Shown here: positions 15,562-24,448 of the stretch, in pieces | Layout of the letters: the number at the start of each line of letters is the position of its first letter | Numbering within the stretch: position 1 is the stretch's first letter | Assembly: GCA_043806035.1 (NCBI GenBank) | Contig: JAZDHK010000035.1 | Location: 1 to 24,448, forward strand | DNA length: 24,448 bases | Direction of reading: 5' to 3' | From: an archaeon | GTDB lineage: Archaea; Nanobdellota; Nanobdellia; Woesearchaeales; UBA9642 | Position numbers and translations under genes: made by a program | Notes under the pieces: model-generated | What the model saw: only the letters and a program-made list of their open reading frames with translations | What the model was told of the DNA's origin: nothing | Databases searched by the model: none

Positions 15562-17142
15562 CTATTTCAGGAGAGAATGCCCCGTCATGTCTTTCGGCTT
15601 CTTGATCTTCAGCAGGCTCAGGATGGTTGGTGCGATATCGCGCAGGCCGCCTTTCTGCACGAGCTTGACGTCCTGCCTGAGCACGATGAACGGCACAGGG
15701 CTGGTGGTGTGCGCGGTCTGCGGCCTGCCGAACGTATCTTCCTTGAGTTCCGCATTGCCATGGTCTGAGGTGATGATGAGCGTCCCTCCCGCTTTCTCGA
15801 CGGCGTCTGCGGCCTTGCCCAGGACAGCATCTACTGCCTCGACAGCGTGCACCGTTGCCTTTATTTTTCCTGAATGCCCGACCATGTCGCAATTCGCATA
15901 ATTCAAGATAATGACGTCATATTTTTTCTTCTTGAGCTGGTCGATGAGTTTTTTCGTGATTGCCGGCGCTTCCATCTGCGGCTTCTTGTCGTACGTGGCT
16001 ACGGTCTTGTCAGAATGGATAAGGATACGGTCCTCTCCAGGGAATGCGCCTTCCCTGCCGCCGTTGAAGAAATACGTGAGGTGGGCATACTTTTCTGTTT
16101 CGGTAAGTTTCAGATGCTTGAGTTTGCGTTTGCTGAGCACTTCAGATAAGGTATTAGAGACTGGCTGGTGGGGGAATGCAACGGGCAGCTTAAAATTCTT
16201 GTCGTAGTCCGTCATGCAGACGAAGTGCACGTGCAGGTTCTGTTTTCTCTTGAACTGGCCGAAATGGCCTTGTGTGAATGCGCGTGCAAGCTCTCGTGCT
16301 CTGTCGCTCCTGAAGTTGAAGAAGATGATTGCGTCATGCTGTTTGATTGTGCCGTTCTGGTTCAGTAGGGTTGGCTTGACGAATTCGTCAGTGAAGTTCT
16401 GGCGGTAGGCGATGTTGACTGCTTCCATGGGATCCCTGATGAGTATGCCTTTGCCGTTCACCATGAGGTCGTACGCTTTGTGTTCTCTGTTCCACCGATT
16501 GTCTCTATCCATGGCGTAATATCTGCCGATGACGCTTGCCACGCTGCCCGTGTTTGCTTTGATTATGTGTTTTTCGAGCATGCGCAAGTATTTCTTTGCA
16601 GAGAAAGGATCGACATCCCTCCCATCGAGGATGGCGTGGATGAACACGTTCTGGATGAAGTGGTGGTTGGCCAAGTCGAGCAGGGCAAGCACATGGTTGA
16701 TGTGGCTGTGCACCCCGCCATCACTCAGGAGACCGATGAAGTGCAGGCGTGAATTGTACTTTTTGACGTGACGTATGGCATCCAGCAGTGCGGGGTTCTT
16801 GAAAAACGTGCCGTCGCTGATGGCCCTGTTGATCCTGAAGAAGTCCTGCTCAGTCACCCTTCCCGAGCCGATGGTCATGTGCCCAAGCTCACTGTTCCCG
16901 ATGACACCGTCAGGCAGGCCGACTGCCGTGCCGCTCGCGTCAAGTACTGCATGCGGGAAGGCCATGAACTTGTCCATGTTTGGCTTTTTTGCCATGCTGA
17001 TGGCATTGCCCTGTGTCTCTTCTCTCAATCCATACCCGTCGACGATTGCGAGCACTATGGGTTTGCCGTGCTTGGGGATGTGGCGTGTAGCAGCACGTTT
17101 CTTGCCCAGCTTATGTAGTGTCTTTTTCTTAGGCTTTGCCAT
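15562..17142 (-). CDS. gpmI: 2,3-bisphosphoglycerate-independent phosphoglycerate mutase (bacterial type)
   Basis: IVDGYG, GNSELGH, SDGGVHSH, GRYYAMDRD, NFRSDR, ETEKYAH, DMVGHSG, SDHGN, TAHT. Confidence 0.95.
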   Translation of the reverse strand: MAKPKKKTLHKLGKKRAATRHIPKHGKPIVLAIVDGYGLREETQGNAISMAKKPNMDKFMAFPHAVLDASGTAVGLPDGVIGNSELGHMTIGSGRVTEQDFFRINRAISDGTFFKNPALLDAIRHVKKYNSRLHFIGLLSDGGVHSHINHVLALLDLANHHFIQNVFIHAILDGRDVDPFSAKKYLRMLEKHIIKANTGSVASVIGRYYAMDRDNRWNREHKAYDLMVNGKGILIRDPMEAVNIAYRQNFTDEFVKPTLLNQNGTIKQHDAIIFFNFRSDRARELARAFTQGHFGQFKRKQNLHVHFVCMTDYDKNFKLPVAFPHQPVSNTLSEVLSKRKLKHLKLTETEKYAHLTYFFNGGREGAFPGEDRILIHSDKTVATYDKKPQMEAPAITKKLIDQLKKKKYDVIILNYANCDMVGHSGKIKATVHAVEAVDAVLGKAADAVEKAGGTLIITSDHGNAELKEDTFGRPQTAHTTSPVPFIVLRQDVKLVQKGGLRDIAPTILSLLKIKKPKDMTGHSLLK

Positions 17143-17244
17143 CGACTACTCCCCAACAATTTCCTATTCAAAGAAGCTGCATTATTTAAACCTTTGCGTG
17201 GTTTTGTTATCATTAAAGGAGTGAAACAGAAGCTGCATTATTGG

Positions 17245-18117
17245 TTAAGCATAGTCTGCAGCAACAGTCGCAGGCACGGCACGTTTACGTTCTGTATCCC
17301 GCACAAACCCCCTGATATAGATGCGTTCCGTACCCAGCATGGCCTTGAGCGGTCCGAGGATGTCATTCGGAGTTCTTTTTGTGCCAAAGCTCAGGAAATC
17401 AGCTGCGAAATAGCCATGCTCATTGTAGGAGTGGTAATGCCCGAAGCCATCGCTGAACATGGACATACCCGTAATGCCGCCTTTCTCGTAGAGCTGTCGC
17501 CCATTGCCGTCGTGCAGCGGTGACGCATCGAACTGGTAGTGCTTCTCGAAGATGAGCTGTTGCGTCTCTCCCTTGAGGTAGATGTCGTGCATGATCCGAT
17601 TCAATCGTTCAGGATCCTCGAGCAGGAGATGATCTATGCCGAAGCCGTCGACTATGAGATGATGGTAGGGCTGGTCGAGGCGCGTGTATGCTGCGTCTTT
17701 GAGTATGCGCTCCTCATTGCCTCGGACGATGATGCCCAAAGGGTTATGGTTGCTGATGACGCAGTGCTCGATGCCTTTGCCGAATGCGTCATGCACGATG
17801 CTCCTGTCCTTGGCCACGATGCCTGGATCTGACTCGTTGCCACAGGTGAAGATGTCGAGTGTCGCCTTTCCTGTCAGAAGATCGAGCGTGAGATACTGCA
17901 GTGATTCTTTGATGAGGGCGGCGGAGTGGATTCTGCCGTCGTGCTGCATAACGTAAGGTCCTAGGAGAACGTTTGCTTTGATGCGTGCAAGGATATTGGA
18001 AGAGACAGCCCTGACAGTATCGAGATAATTTGGCGCAAAAAGAGAAAGATCTACGTGAGAAACGTCAATGATGGCTTGGCGCCCATCTGCAGAGTATGTT
18101 TGAAATGGTGTGTTCAT
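17245..18117 (-). CDS. speD: Tandem two-domain S-adenosylmethionine decarboxylase-family proenzyme
   Basis: Domain 1 LIKE71-S72...LDIFTC92G; domain 2 HLIVD...GGITG...HSYNEHGYFAAD. Confidence 0.75.
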   Translation of the reverse strand: MNTPFQTYSADGRQAIIDVSHVDLSLFAPNYLDTVRAVSSNILARIKANVLLGPYVMQHDGRIHSAALIKESLQYLTLDLLTGKATLDIFTCGNESDPGIVAKDRSIVHDAFGKGIEHCVISNHNPLGIIVRGNEERILKDAAYTRLDQPYHHLIVDGFGIDHLLLEDPERLNRIMHDIYLKGETQQLIFEKHYQFDASPLHDGNGRQLYEKGGITGMSMFSDGFGHYHSYNEHGYFAADFLSFGTKRTPNDILGPLKAMLGTERIYIRGFVRDTERKRAVPATVAADYA

Positions 18118-18329
18118 CTTGCTTAGTATACATAACGGTCAAACCCCGAGTGAATGCCTCTTCTTATTGTTCAATATCATGCCACCAAAAATAAAGCAGC
18201 ACATACCAAATTTTCATGTAGAGACACACACTCATTTTTAAAAGTATTGGTTTTTAAATGCAGACGCTGTCCCGTCGGAAAAAATCAAGTTCTGGCATCT
18301 GCGTTGTGCAGCGCATATCCTGTGCGTTT

Positions 18330-18788
18330 TCAGATGCGCATGGGCAACTCCTTGATGGTATTCAGGATGAGAATGGTGTTCGTCCTCTCGACAAAATCAT
18401 ACGTTTGGATGGTCTTGACGAAGGTGTCCAACTCACGCACCGTTCTGAATCTGCAGACGAGCACCGTATCGAAATCACCCGTGATATCATAGACTTCATA
18501 GATGTTGTGGAATTTGGCGAGCTTCTTGTCCAATTCCAGGAGTTTGCCTTTGGCGATACGCAGCTGGATGAGCGCCTTGATCGCATAGCCGAGCAATGCA
18601 TAGTCGATGATCGCCGTATAGTGCTTGAGCACGCCTTGCCGTTCAAGCTTTCCTATGCGGTTGAGGACGGTGACGAAACTCACCCCTGTTCGCTTGGCGA
18701 GCTCACGTAAAGGCAATTTCGCGTCGGCGATGAGCTCACTCATAATCAGCACATCCGTATTGTCGATGGCAAGTTTAGTTTTGTTCAT
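18330..18788 (-). CDS. Lrp/AsnC family transcriptional regulator
   Basis: IDNTDVLIMSEL..DAKLPLRELAK HTH; YDITGDFD; VERTNT. The start could be 18794. Confidence 0.92.
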   Translation of the reverse strand: MNKTKLAIDNTDVLIMSELIADAKLPLRELAKRTGVSFVTVLNRIGKLERQGVLKHYTAIIDYALLGYAIKALIQLRIAKGKLLELDKKLAKFHNIYEVYDITGDFDTVLVCRFRTVRELDTFVKTIQTYDFVERTNTILILNTIKELPMRI

Positions 18789-18916
18789 CCGCATCCACCC
18801 CACAACCAAAATATGTGAAAAATGTTCAATTAACATGTAAAAAAAGGTGTTTATTTTAATTCTTTTCGAAAGAAGCTTTATTATTGTACTATTCTTTTGT
18901 CCTAGCAGGTGAGAAC

Positions 18917-20305
18917 GTGGATGATGGTGAAAGAAGTACAGGTGAGAGCACTAGGCAAAATCGGCACGACAGCAAAGAACAGACGTATCGGCAGGAGGTA
19001 GAGCAGCGCATGAAAAAAGAGAACGTCGCATTTCTCCAGCTGCAGTTCACGGACTTGTTCGGCATGGTGAAGAGCATCACCCTGCCTGCAGACCGGCTTG
19101 ACGATGCGCTCACGCACGGTGCATGGTTTGATGGAAGCAGCATAGAAGGGTTTGCAAGGATTCAAGAAAGTGACATGCGTCTCAAGCCCGACTTATCCAC
19201 GTACGCGCGTGTCCCGTGGCTGGATTCCGAAAAAGGCAACACGGCACGCTTCATCTGCGACGTCGTGAATCCTGACGGCAGCCCATTCGTCGGCGATCCA
19301 CGATATGTCCTGCATCGTGCCGTCCAGCACGCCAAGGAATCAGGATTCACATACTGTGCAGGTCCTGAACTCGAATTCTTCCTCCTCAAAGAAAACGGGC
19401 ACGGCCATCTGCCGCACGACGATGCCAGTTATTTCGACAACACCACTGACCTCGCGCACAAGATCCGCAACGACATGCTGCTCACCTTACGTGCAGTAGG
19501 CATCACTGATGAAGCAGCGCATCATGAAGTCGCCGTCGGCCAGCACGAGATCGATTTCATGTATGACGAGGCGATGAAGACCGCGGACAACACCATAACG
19601 GTGAAGAGCGTCATCAAAGCAGTCGCCGAGCAGCACAACCTGTATGCAACATTCATGCCCAAACCATTCTTTGGCATGAACGGCAGCGGCATGCACATCC
19701 ACCAGAGCCTCTTCATGAACGGGAAGAATGCGTTCTATGATGAACGTGATCCGTACAAGCTCTCCCCTCTTGCGAAGCAGTTCATTGCCGGGCAGCTCGA
19801 GCATGCACGGGCCATGTCTGCCATACTGAGCCCGTTGGTGAATTCCTACAAGCGTCTCGTTCCCGGCTATGAAGCGCCCGTGTACATCGTGTGGGCGAGC
19901 AACAACCGCTCTGCGCTCATCCGCGTGCCAAAAATCCCTGAAGGCAAGTCATCGTCGAGCAGGGCAGAACTGCGCTGTCCTGACCCGAGTGCGAACATCT
20001 ATCTTGCATTGGCAGTCATGCTCGAAGCAGGACTTGACGGCATACGAAAGCAAGCGACCATTCCTTCACCGTTCGAAGAGAACATGTATCATCTGAACGA
20101 TGCGCAGCGTGCACAGCAGCACATCGCGATGCTTCCAGGCTCGCTCGGTGAGGCCATTGGTGTACTCGAGCAGGATGCCGTCATCAGGAACGCATTGGGA
20201 GGGCACATCATCGAGAGGTATGGTGCTGCTAAACGAAAAGAGTGCGATGCGTTCAGGACTGCTGTGACGGATTGGGAAGTGCACAAGTACTTGAGCAGGT
20301 ATTGA
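18917..20305 (+). CDS. glnA: Glutamine synthetase type I
   Basis: FDGSSIEGF, GPELEFF, HHEVAVGQHEI, TFMPKP..GSGMHIHQSL, NSYKRLVPGYEAP, ELRCPD. GTG at 18917 follows an AGGTGA SD. Confidence 0.95.
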   Translation: MDDGERSTGESTRQNRHDSKEQTYRQEVEQRMKKENVAFLQLQFTDLFGMVKSITLPADRLDDALTHGAWFDGSSIEGFARIQESDMRLKPDLSTYARVPWLDSEKGNTARFICDVVNPDGSPFVGDPRYVLHRAVQHAKESGFTYCAGPELEFFLLKENGHGHLPHDDASYFDNTTDLAHKIRNDMLLTLRAVGITDEAAHHEVAVGQHEIDFMYDEAMKTADNTITVKSVIKAVAEQHNLYATFMPKPFFGMNGSGMHIHQSLFMNGKNAFYDERDPYKLSPLAKQFIAGQLEHARAMSAILSPLVNSYKRLVPGYEAPVYIVWASNNRSALIRVPKIPEGKSSSSRAELRCPDPSANIYLALAVMLEAGLDGIRKQATIPSPFEENMYHLNDAQRAQQHIAMLPGSLGEAIGVLEQDAVIRNALGGHIIERYGAAKRKECDAFRTAVTDWEVHKYLSRY

Positions 20306-20348
20306 CAGAAGTAAACACACATAATCGTGCGTGGGCTGAAAGAACGTG

Positions 20349-20843
20349 TCAAGGAGTGGAAGTGAGGCAGAAGAGTTCCTCATGCACTGCTCCTTGCGCA
20401 GTGAGCGTGCTTTTAAACAGGCAGCATTTCTGCACGTGCACCATTCCCGTGAGGGGAATTTCGGCAAAGGAATGCATGTCTTTGACGCGCGCCAACGTGA
20501 TGTGTGGGTGGAATGGCTTGTCCGGCCTGAATCCTATACGTTGCAGCCGCCGCTCGAGCTCCTGCTGGAGCTGCAGCACTTGCTGGAGTGCGGCATCGTC
20601 TTTGAATGCAGCAAAGATGACACGAGGCTTGTCCAGAGTGAATGCGCTGATCTTGTCGAGCTGCAAGTCAATAGGGGAGAAGTGCAGTCCCTGCATACAG
20701 GCGATGACGTCCTCGCTGTTCTTGACCTCGCCGAGAAATTGCAGGGTGAGGTGGAATGTTTTAGGGAAGCTGCCCTTGCAAGAAAGTTGTCGTTGCATGT
20801 CCGTGAATGGGCCTTCAAGCGTCAATGCCAGGAAAAGTCTCAT
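20349..20843 (-). CDS. thpR: RNA 2',3'-cyclic phosphodiesterase (2H family)
   Basis: MRLFLAL, HLTLQFLG, PHITLAR, FKSTL. Confidence 0.9.
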   Translation of the reverse strand: MRLFLALTLEGPFTDMQRQLSCKGSFPKTFHLTLQFLGEVKNSEDVIACMQGLHFSPIDLQLDKISAFTLDKPRVIFAAFKDDAALQQVLQLQQELERRLQRIGFRPDKPFHPHITLARVKDMHSFAEIPLTGMVHVQKCCLFKSTLTAQGAVHEELFCLTSTP

Positions 20844-21430
20844 TCTTTCAGCCAGGGCTTCGCTGCAGTGTATGCAAGCCGCATCAGGATCTCTATGACG
20901 ATGATGAAGATGACATAATACACCATGGTGGTCAGCAGTGTGGGGAGTTGGTCGAGAAAGTCATATACTTTGTTCGCCGACCAGTAGCTGCTGTCGATGA
21001 GCAGCACGCCCAGCAGGACGAGGGGGAGGAGTTTCGCGAGCTCTTGGGCAACTTCCTCATTGATGTACGACGTTGCCCGGACGGCTGCAACCATTGCTGC
21101 AGAGACGAGCAGGACTCCCGCAACCGATTGGTCTCTGACGAGGAAGAGCAGGAGGCAGGTGAGGATGAAGAACCAGAGCACAGCGAGGATGGGAAAAATC
21201 ATGATGTATTCCACAACGTAGAGCAGGACGTGCATGGCATTCTTGAGCAGCGGATGCTCCGTTGTGTTATACTGCACGAGATTGAGTTTGAGAATGTCTC
21301 GTGTTGCCATGAATTTATAGAATGCGAAGATGATGAACACATAGAGGACTATGCCGAGCACGAGCCATAACACGGGCTCGTTCGTTGCCATGCCCTCGAC
21401 TACCGTGAGGGTTGTATTCATGACTGCCAT
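20840..21430 (-). CDS. Multi-pass membrane protein
   Basis: Several hydrophobic helices; overlaps both neighbours, suggesting an operon. Confidence 0.85.
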   Translation of the reverse strand: MAVMNTTLTVVEGMATNEPVLWLVLGIVLYVFIIFAFYKFMATRDILKLNLVQYNTTEHPLLKNAMHVLLYVVEYIMIFPILAVLWFFILTCLLLFLVRDQSVAGVLLVSAAMVAAVRATSYINEEVAQELAKLLPLVLLGVLLIDSSYWSANKVYDFLDQLPTLLTTMVYYVIFIIVIEILMRLAYTAAKPWLKE

Positions 21431-21651
21431 GTGATGCCGGTGAAGTCATACTTGGTCGCGATCAGGATGATGTCGACAAGCCACCAGATGCCTAGTCCCC
21501 CGAAGGTGATGAGCTTGAGGATGCCTGTCCCTACTTTGCCCATGATGAACCTGTCCACGCCGAACCATCCGAAGATGACGGACATGATCAGGCAGAGCAC
21601 CCAATTCACGTTTCTCCCTGTTGCTCGCTTCACGATTTTCTTTTTTGCCAT
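21418..21651 (-). CDS. TM2 domain protein
   Basis: FGWFGVDRFIMGKVGTGILKLITFGGLGIWWLVDIILI is a canonical TM2 motif. Confidence 0.9.
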   Translation of the reverse strand: MAKKKIVKRATGRNVNWVLCLIMSVIFGWFGVDRFIMGKVGTGILKLITFGGLGIWWLVDIILIATKYDFTGITWQS

Positions 21652-21776
21652 GCTCTTTCTGTGCAACAGGATTATTTAAGCGTTGCCATTATTGCAAGAC
21701 GCACACGCCGATATTGTTATCACTCAATAATGGTTAAATAAGAAACTTTTATATATGAGCAGAGCATAACAAACGC

Positions 21777-22793
21777 GTGCACGATGTGACGATTTCCGAA
21801 AAGATAGATGAGCTGTATGCAAAGGACGCTGCTGCAGAGCGGTATTTGCGCATGCGATTCAAAGGAGAGTCTTTGTTGCAGAACATACGAGCAAACCCTC
21901 CTGCTGACACATCGTTGCAGACATTAGACAGATACGAGCATGCTCACGATCTGAGCATCCTGCTCAACAATCTGCCGACTTCTGCCAAGGAAGCGTTTGA
22001 AACGCAGCTGCTGCTCTGGACATATACGCAATATCCCTTCACTGATGAGAAGAATGACGAAACAGTAGCGCTTCTGGCAAAACGCATGCGGATAAGCGCA
22101 GATCGTATCGAAAGTGCCCGTCTCGCTGCATGGAGGATTTTCAACACGCGCAGCGGCGCACTTATCAAGCGAACACTTGATCTCGAGATGGATCTGACAA
22201 ACCATCTTGACGTTCCTCCCTTGCAAGAGTATGCTTTGCCAGGCATAACGTTATCTCCTGCACGGCTGACACAGTATGGATTCATCCCGATGTTCGCACG
22301 ATCGTACAAGAAAGGTGATCTGCTCGAGGAGGAGTGGGGCGAGAAACGAATGGGCGAAAAATTGTTCATGATCTATCTTGACACGCCGTGCGCTCTCGCC
22401 CTTACGTACAAGGATATCCCTCAAGCGCTCGTCGGATTCATCCCCTCAGATGAAAGAACGCTGCTGATAGATCAATTGCAAGGCGTGATCCCTTATTTCA
22501 AGAATGAGCAAGGGAAGTACAGCAAGGGATCATCGAGAGGCCTTGCTCCGCTCGACTGGACGAGATTGCTTGTCGAGAAAGCAGAGGCGATTGCACGCTC
22601 GCACGACTTTTCCACGCTTGCCATCCAGAGTGGCGAGAACAACCAATGGGCGCGTAGGCCGAAAGGAGATGGCACGTCGAACCTCCCTTACGAGAAAGCG
22701 CTCGAACGATATGATGACCTTGCCGCACGGCTGCATTTCACCCAGCGTGAGGACGAGAACTGGTACAAGGCCATAGCTGCCCGAGCAGCATGA
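21777..22793 (+). CDS. Hypothetical protein; C-terminal half GNAT/VirK(DUF535)-like (tentative)
   Basis: TATA 5' of the GTG start; TLLIDQLQG, LLVEKAEAIARSHDFSTLAI, YDDLAARLHF patterns. Confidence 0.55.
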   Translation: MHDVTISEKIDELYAKDAAAERYLRMRFKGESLLQNIRANPPADTSLQTLDRYEHAHDLSILLNNLPTSAKEAFETQLLLWTYTQYPFTDEKNDETVALLAKRMRISADRIESARLAAWRIFNTRSGALIKRTLDLEMDLTNHLDVPPLQEYALPGITLSPARLTQYGFIPMFARSYKKGDLLEEEWGEKRMGEKLFMIYLDTPCALALTYKDIPQALVGFIPSDERTLLIDQLQGVIPYFKNEQGKYSKGSSRGLAPLDWTRLLVEKAEAIARSHDFSTLAIQSGENNQWARRPKGDGTSNLPYEKALERYDDLAARLHFTQREDENWYKAIAARAA

Positions 22794-22842
22794 TTTATAT
22801 ACCATCTCATATTTCTTTGCCTTGAGGTGGGGGAGTGATCAC

Positions 22843-23175
22843 ATGGCAACACGAACAGAGAAGAGCATCGTCGCAGCAGTAGCAACGATGGGCGTTTGTG
22901 GTCTTGCAGGTCTAGTCGGCGGCTGGTATGTAGGAGATGCGCTTAATGATTACGTCACCGTTCTGAAAGAAGCACCGGGCGCAATACACTATGCTGTTGA
23001 TATTGGTTGTTCCTTGGTTGGAGGAAGCGTGGGTATCGGTGTCGGCTAGGTGGCAGGCATGATCGTTGCTGCAGTAGGGATAACGACCGGTTATGAAAAG
23101 AAGAAAAAGGAAAAGAAAAAAAATGTTACACTACTGTATTCAGGTAATGACCGCATAACGAGGAACAATCAATAG
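22843..23175 (+). pseudogene. Gly-rich two-TM membrane protein interrupted by an in-frame TAG at 23047-23049
   Basis: ...VGGSVGIGVG*VAGMIVAAVGITTGYEKKKKEKKK...: the hydrophobic helix and basic tail continue past the stop. Confidence 0.5.
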
Positions 23176-23336
23176 AAGTTCAGAACAGCAGTGTGCCCTC
23201 TGCAATATCTGTGTATGAGAAGAATATTCCTATCCGGGATGATGACACCAATCCAGAGCTCCTGCATAGTGCTCATACATCTCAGCACAGATAGTTTTTG
23301 CACAAACTATAAAAACAGTGTGCCATAGCTTCCAGC

Positions 23337-24448
23337 ATGAACGAGGAAAAACTCAGGAAGCTCCAGGAGCTCAAGAAAAAAGGCATACCCTCCTACCCCT
23401 ATAGGTATGCGGTCACGGCAACATCGAAGGAAATTCTCGACAAGTACGCCCATATAGTCGTTGCGGAGCACACGCAGGACATCCACAGCATCGCCGGCAG
23501 GATCGTGCAGATGCGGGAGATGGGCAAGGCAAGCTTCATGCACCTCCAGGACAGCGTGGGAAAAATACAGGTGTATCTGCGGGCTGACCAGCTCGCCAAT
23601 TACGACCTGCTCAAGCTCCTCGACCTCGGTGACATCATCGGTGTTGAAGGAGAAGTGTTCAGGACGAAGATGGGAGAAATAACCATCAATGCACGGACAG
23701 TAGTCCTGCTCACCAAAAGCCTGGGAGACCTGCCAGAAAAATACCACGGGCTCAAGGACATTGAGTTGAGGTATAGGAACCGGCATCTCGACCTCATCGC
23801 CAATCCAGAAATCAGGGAGACGTTCAGAAAACGAGCAGCCATCATCAGCACCATGCGCAAAGTCCTCGACGAAAAAGGATTTTTGGAAGTAGAAACTCCC
23901 GTCATCCAGCCCATCTACGGCGGGGGGGCGGCAAAACCGTTCACCACGTTCATCAACGATCTCAAGCAAAATGCATACTTGCGGATCAGCGACGAGCTCT
24001 ACCTGAAACGGCTCATCGTCGGAGGAATAGATAGGGTGTACGAGATCAGCAAGGACTTCAGGAATGAGAGCATCGACAGGAGTCATAATCCCGAATTCAC
24101 GATGATGGAAGCCTACCAGGCATACGCTGACCTGCATGACATGATGGACTTGTGCGAGGAAATCTTCGAACAGGCATGCCTTGCCGTGAACGGCACGCTC
24201 GACGTCACGTATGGCGAACACAAGATCAACTTCAAGCGACCCTGGAAACGAGTACGGATGATCGACTGCATCAAGGAGCATGCAGGCATCGACGTCACAA
24301 GCATGGACGAGGAGGCGCTGCTCTCGTTCATTAGGACACAGCACATAAAATTTGATAGGGAAGAGAAGAAAGGCTACATGGTTGCTGCCATCTTCGAGCA
24401 CTTCTGCGAGGAAAAGCTCATCCAGCCGACATTCATCATCGACCATCC
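23337..24448 (+). CDS. lysS: Lysine--tRNA ligase class II, 5' part (runs off window end)
   Basis: Manual translation: AGRIVQMREMGKASF, FLEVETP, YGGGAAKPF, LRISDELYLKRLIVGG, DFRNESIDRSHNPEFT. Missing from the ORF track, which shows only the antisense ORF. Confidence 0.95.
   Translation, partial: MNEEKLRKLQELKKKGIPSYPYRYAVTATSKEILDKYAHIVVAEHTQDIHSIAGRIVQMREMGKASFMHLQDSVGKIQVYLRADQLANYDLLKLLDLGDIIGVEGEVFRTKMGEITINARTVVLLTKSLGDLPEKYHGLKDIELRYRNRHLDLIANPEIRETFRKRAAIISTMRKVLDEKGFLEVETPVIQPIYGGGAAKPFTTFINDLKQNAYLRISDELYLKRLIVGGIDRVYEISKDFRNESIDRSHNPEFTMMEAYQAYADLHDMMDLCEEIFEQACLAVNGTLDVTYGEHKINFKRPWKRVRMIDCIKEHAGIDVTSMDEEALLSFIRTQHIKFDREEKKGYMVAAIFEHFCEEKLIQPTFIIDH

Noticed and set aside
20242-21370. 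Several long plus-strand ORFs (218, 190, 187 aa)
   Set aside because: Antisense to thpR and the membrane protein gene.
23160-23280. Short minus-strand ORFs (16 and 35 aa)
   Set aside because: No motif, SD or convincing promoter.
23307-24446. 379-aa minus-strand ORF
   Set aside because: Antisense shadow of lysS, whose motifs are clear on the plus strand.

Overview
This 24.4-kb window is gene-dense chromosomal DNA from an archaeon, most likely a DPANN lineage such as Woesearchaeota (inference). The archaeal signals are ribosomal protein L35Ae, a tRNA-Gly(GCC) with a bulge-helix-bulge intron and no encoded CCA, TATA boxes about 22-24 nt upstream of many start codons, and GGTGA-type SD sites. 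Recognisable genes: 5' part of an IS200/IS605-type Y1 transposase, mutY, rpl35ae, tdk, glgC, a serine palmitoyltransferase-like alpha-oxoamine synthase, a DUF4258/DUF2283-like toxin-antitoxin pair, a PD40 propeller lipoprotein, a histidine phosphatase, gpmI, a two-domain SpeD-like decarboxylase, Lrp/AsnC divergent from glnA, thpR, a TM2 protein and the 5' part of a class II lysS. The main leads are: (1) a tandem SpeD fusion whose halves have lost complementary catalytic residues, like eukaryotic AdoMetDC; (2) a Bacteroides-type SPT-like enzyme in an archaeon; (3) a structured, pseudoknot-capable leader upstream of the Y1 transposase; (4) a 1.9-kb islet bounded by a direct repeat of the tRNA-Gly 3' end, with degenerate internal copies; (5) a four-member lipoprotein paralog family; (6) three metal-ligand-rich microproteins missing from the ORF track. 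All family calls come from motif recognition by eye; no searches were run.
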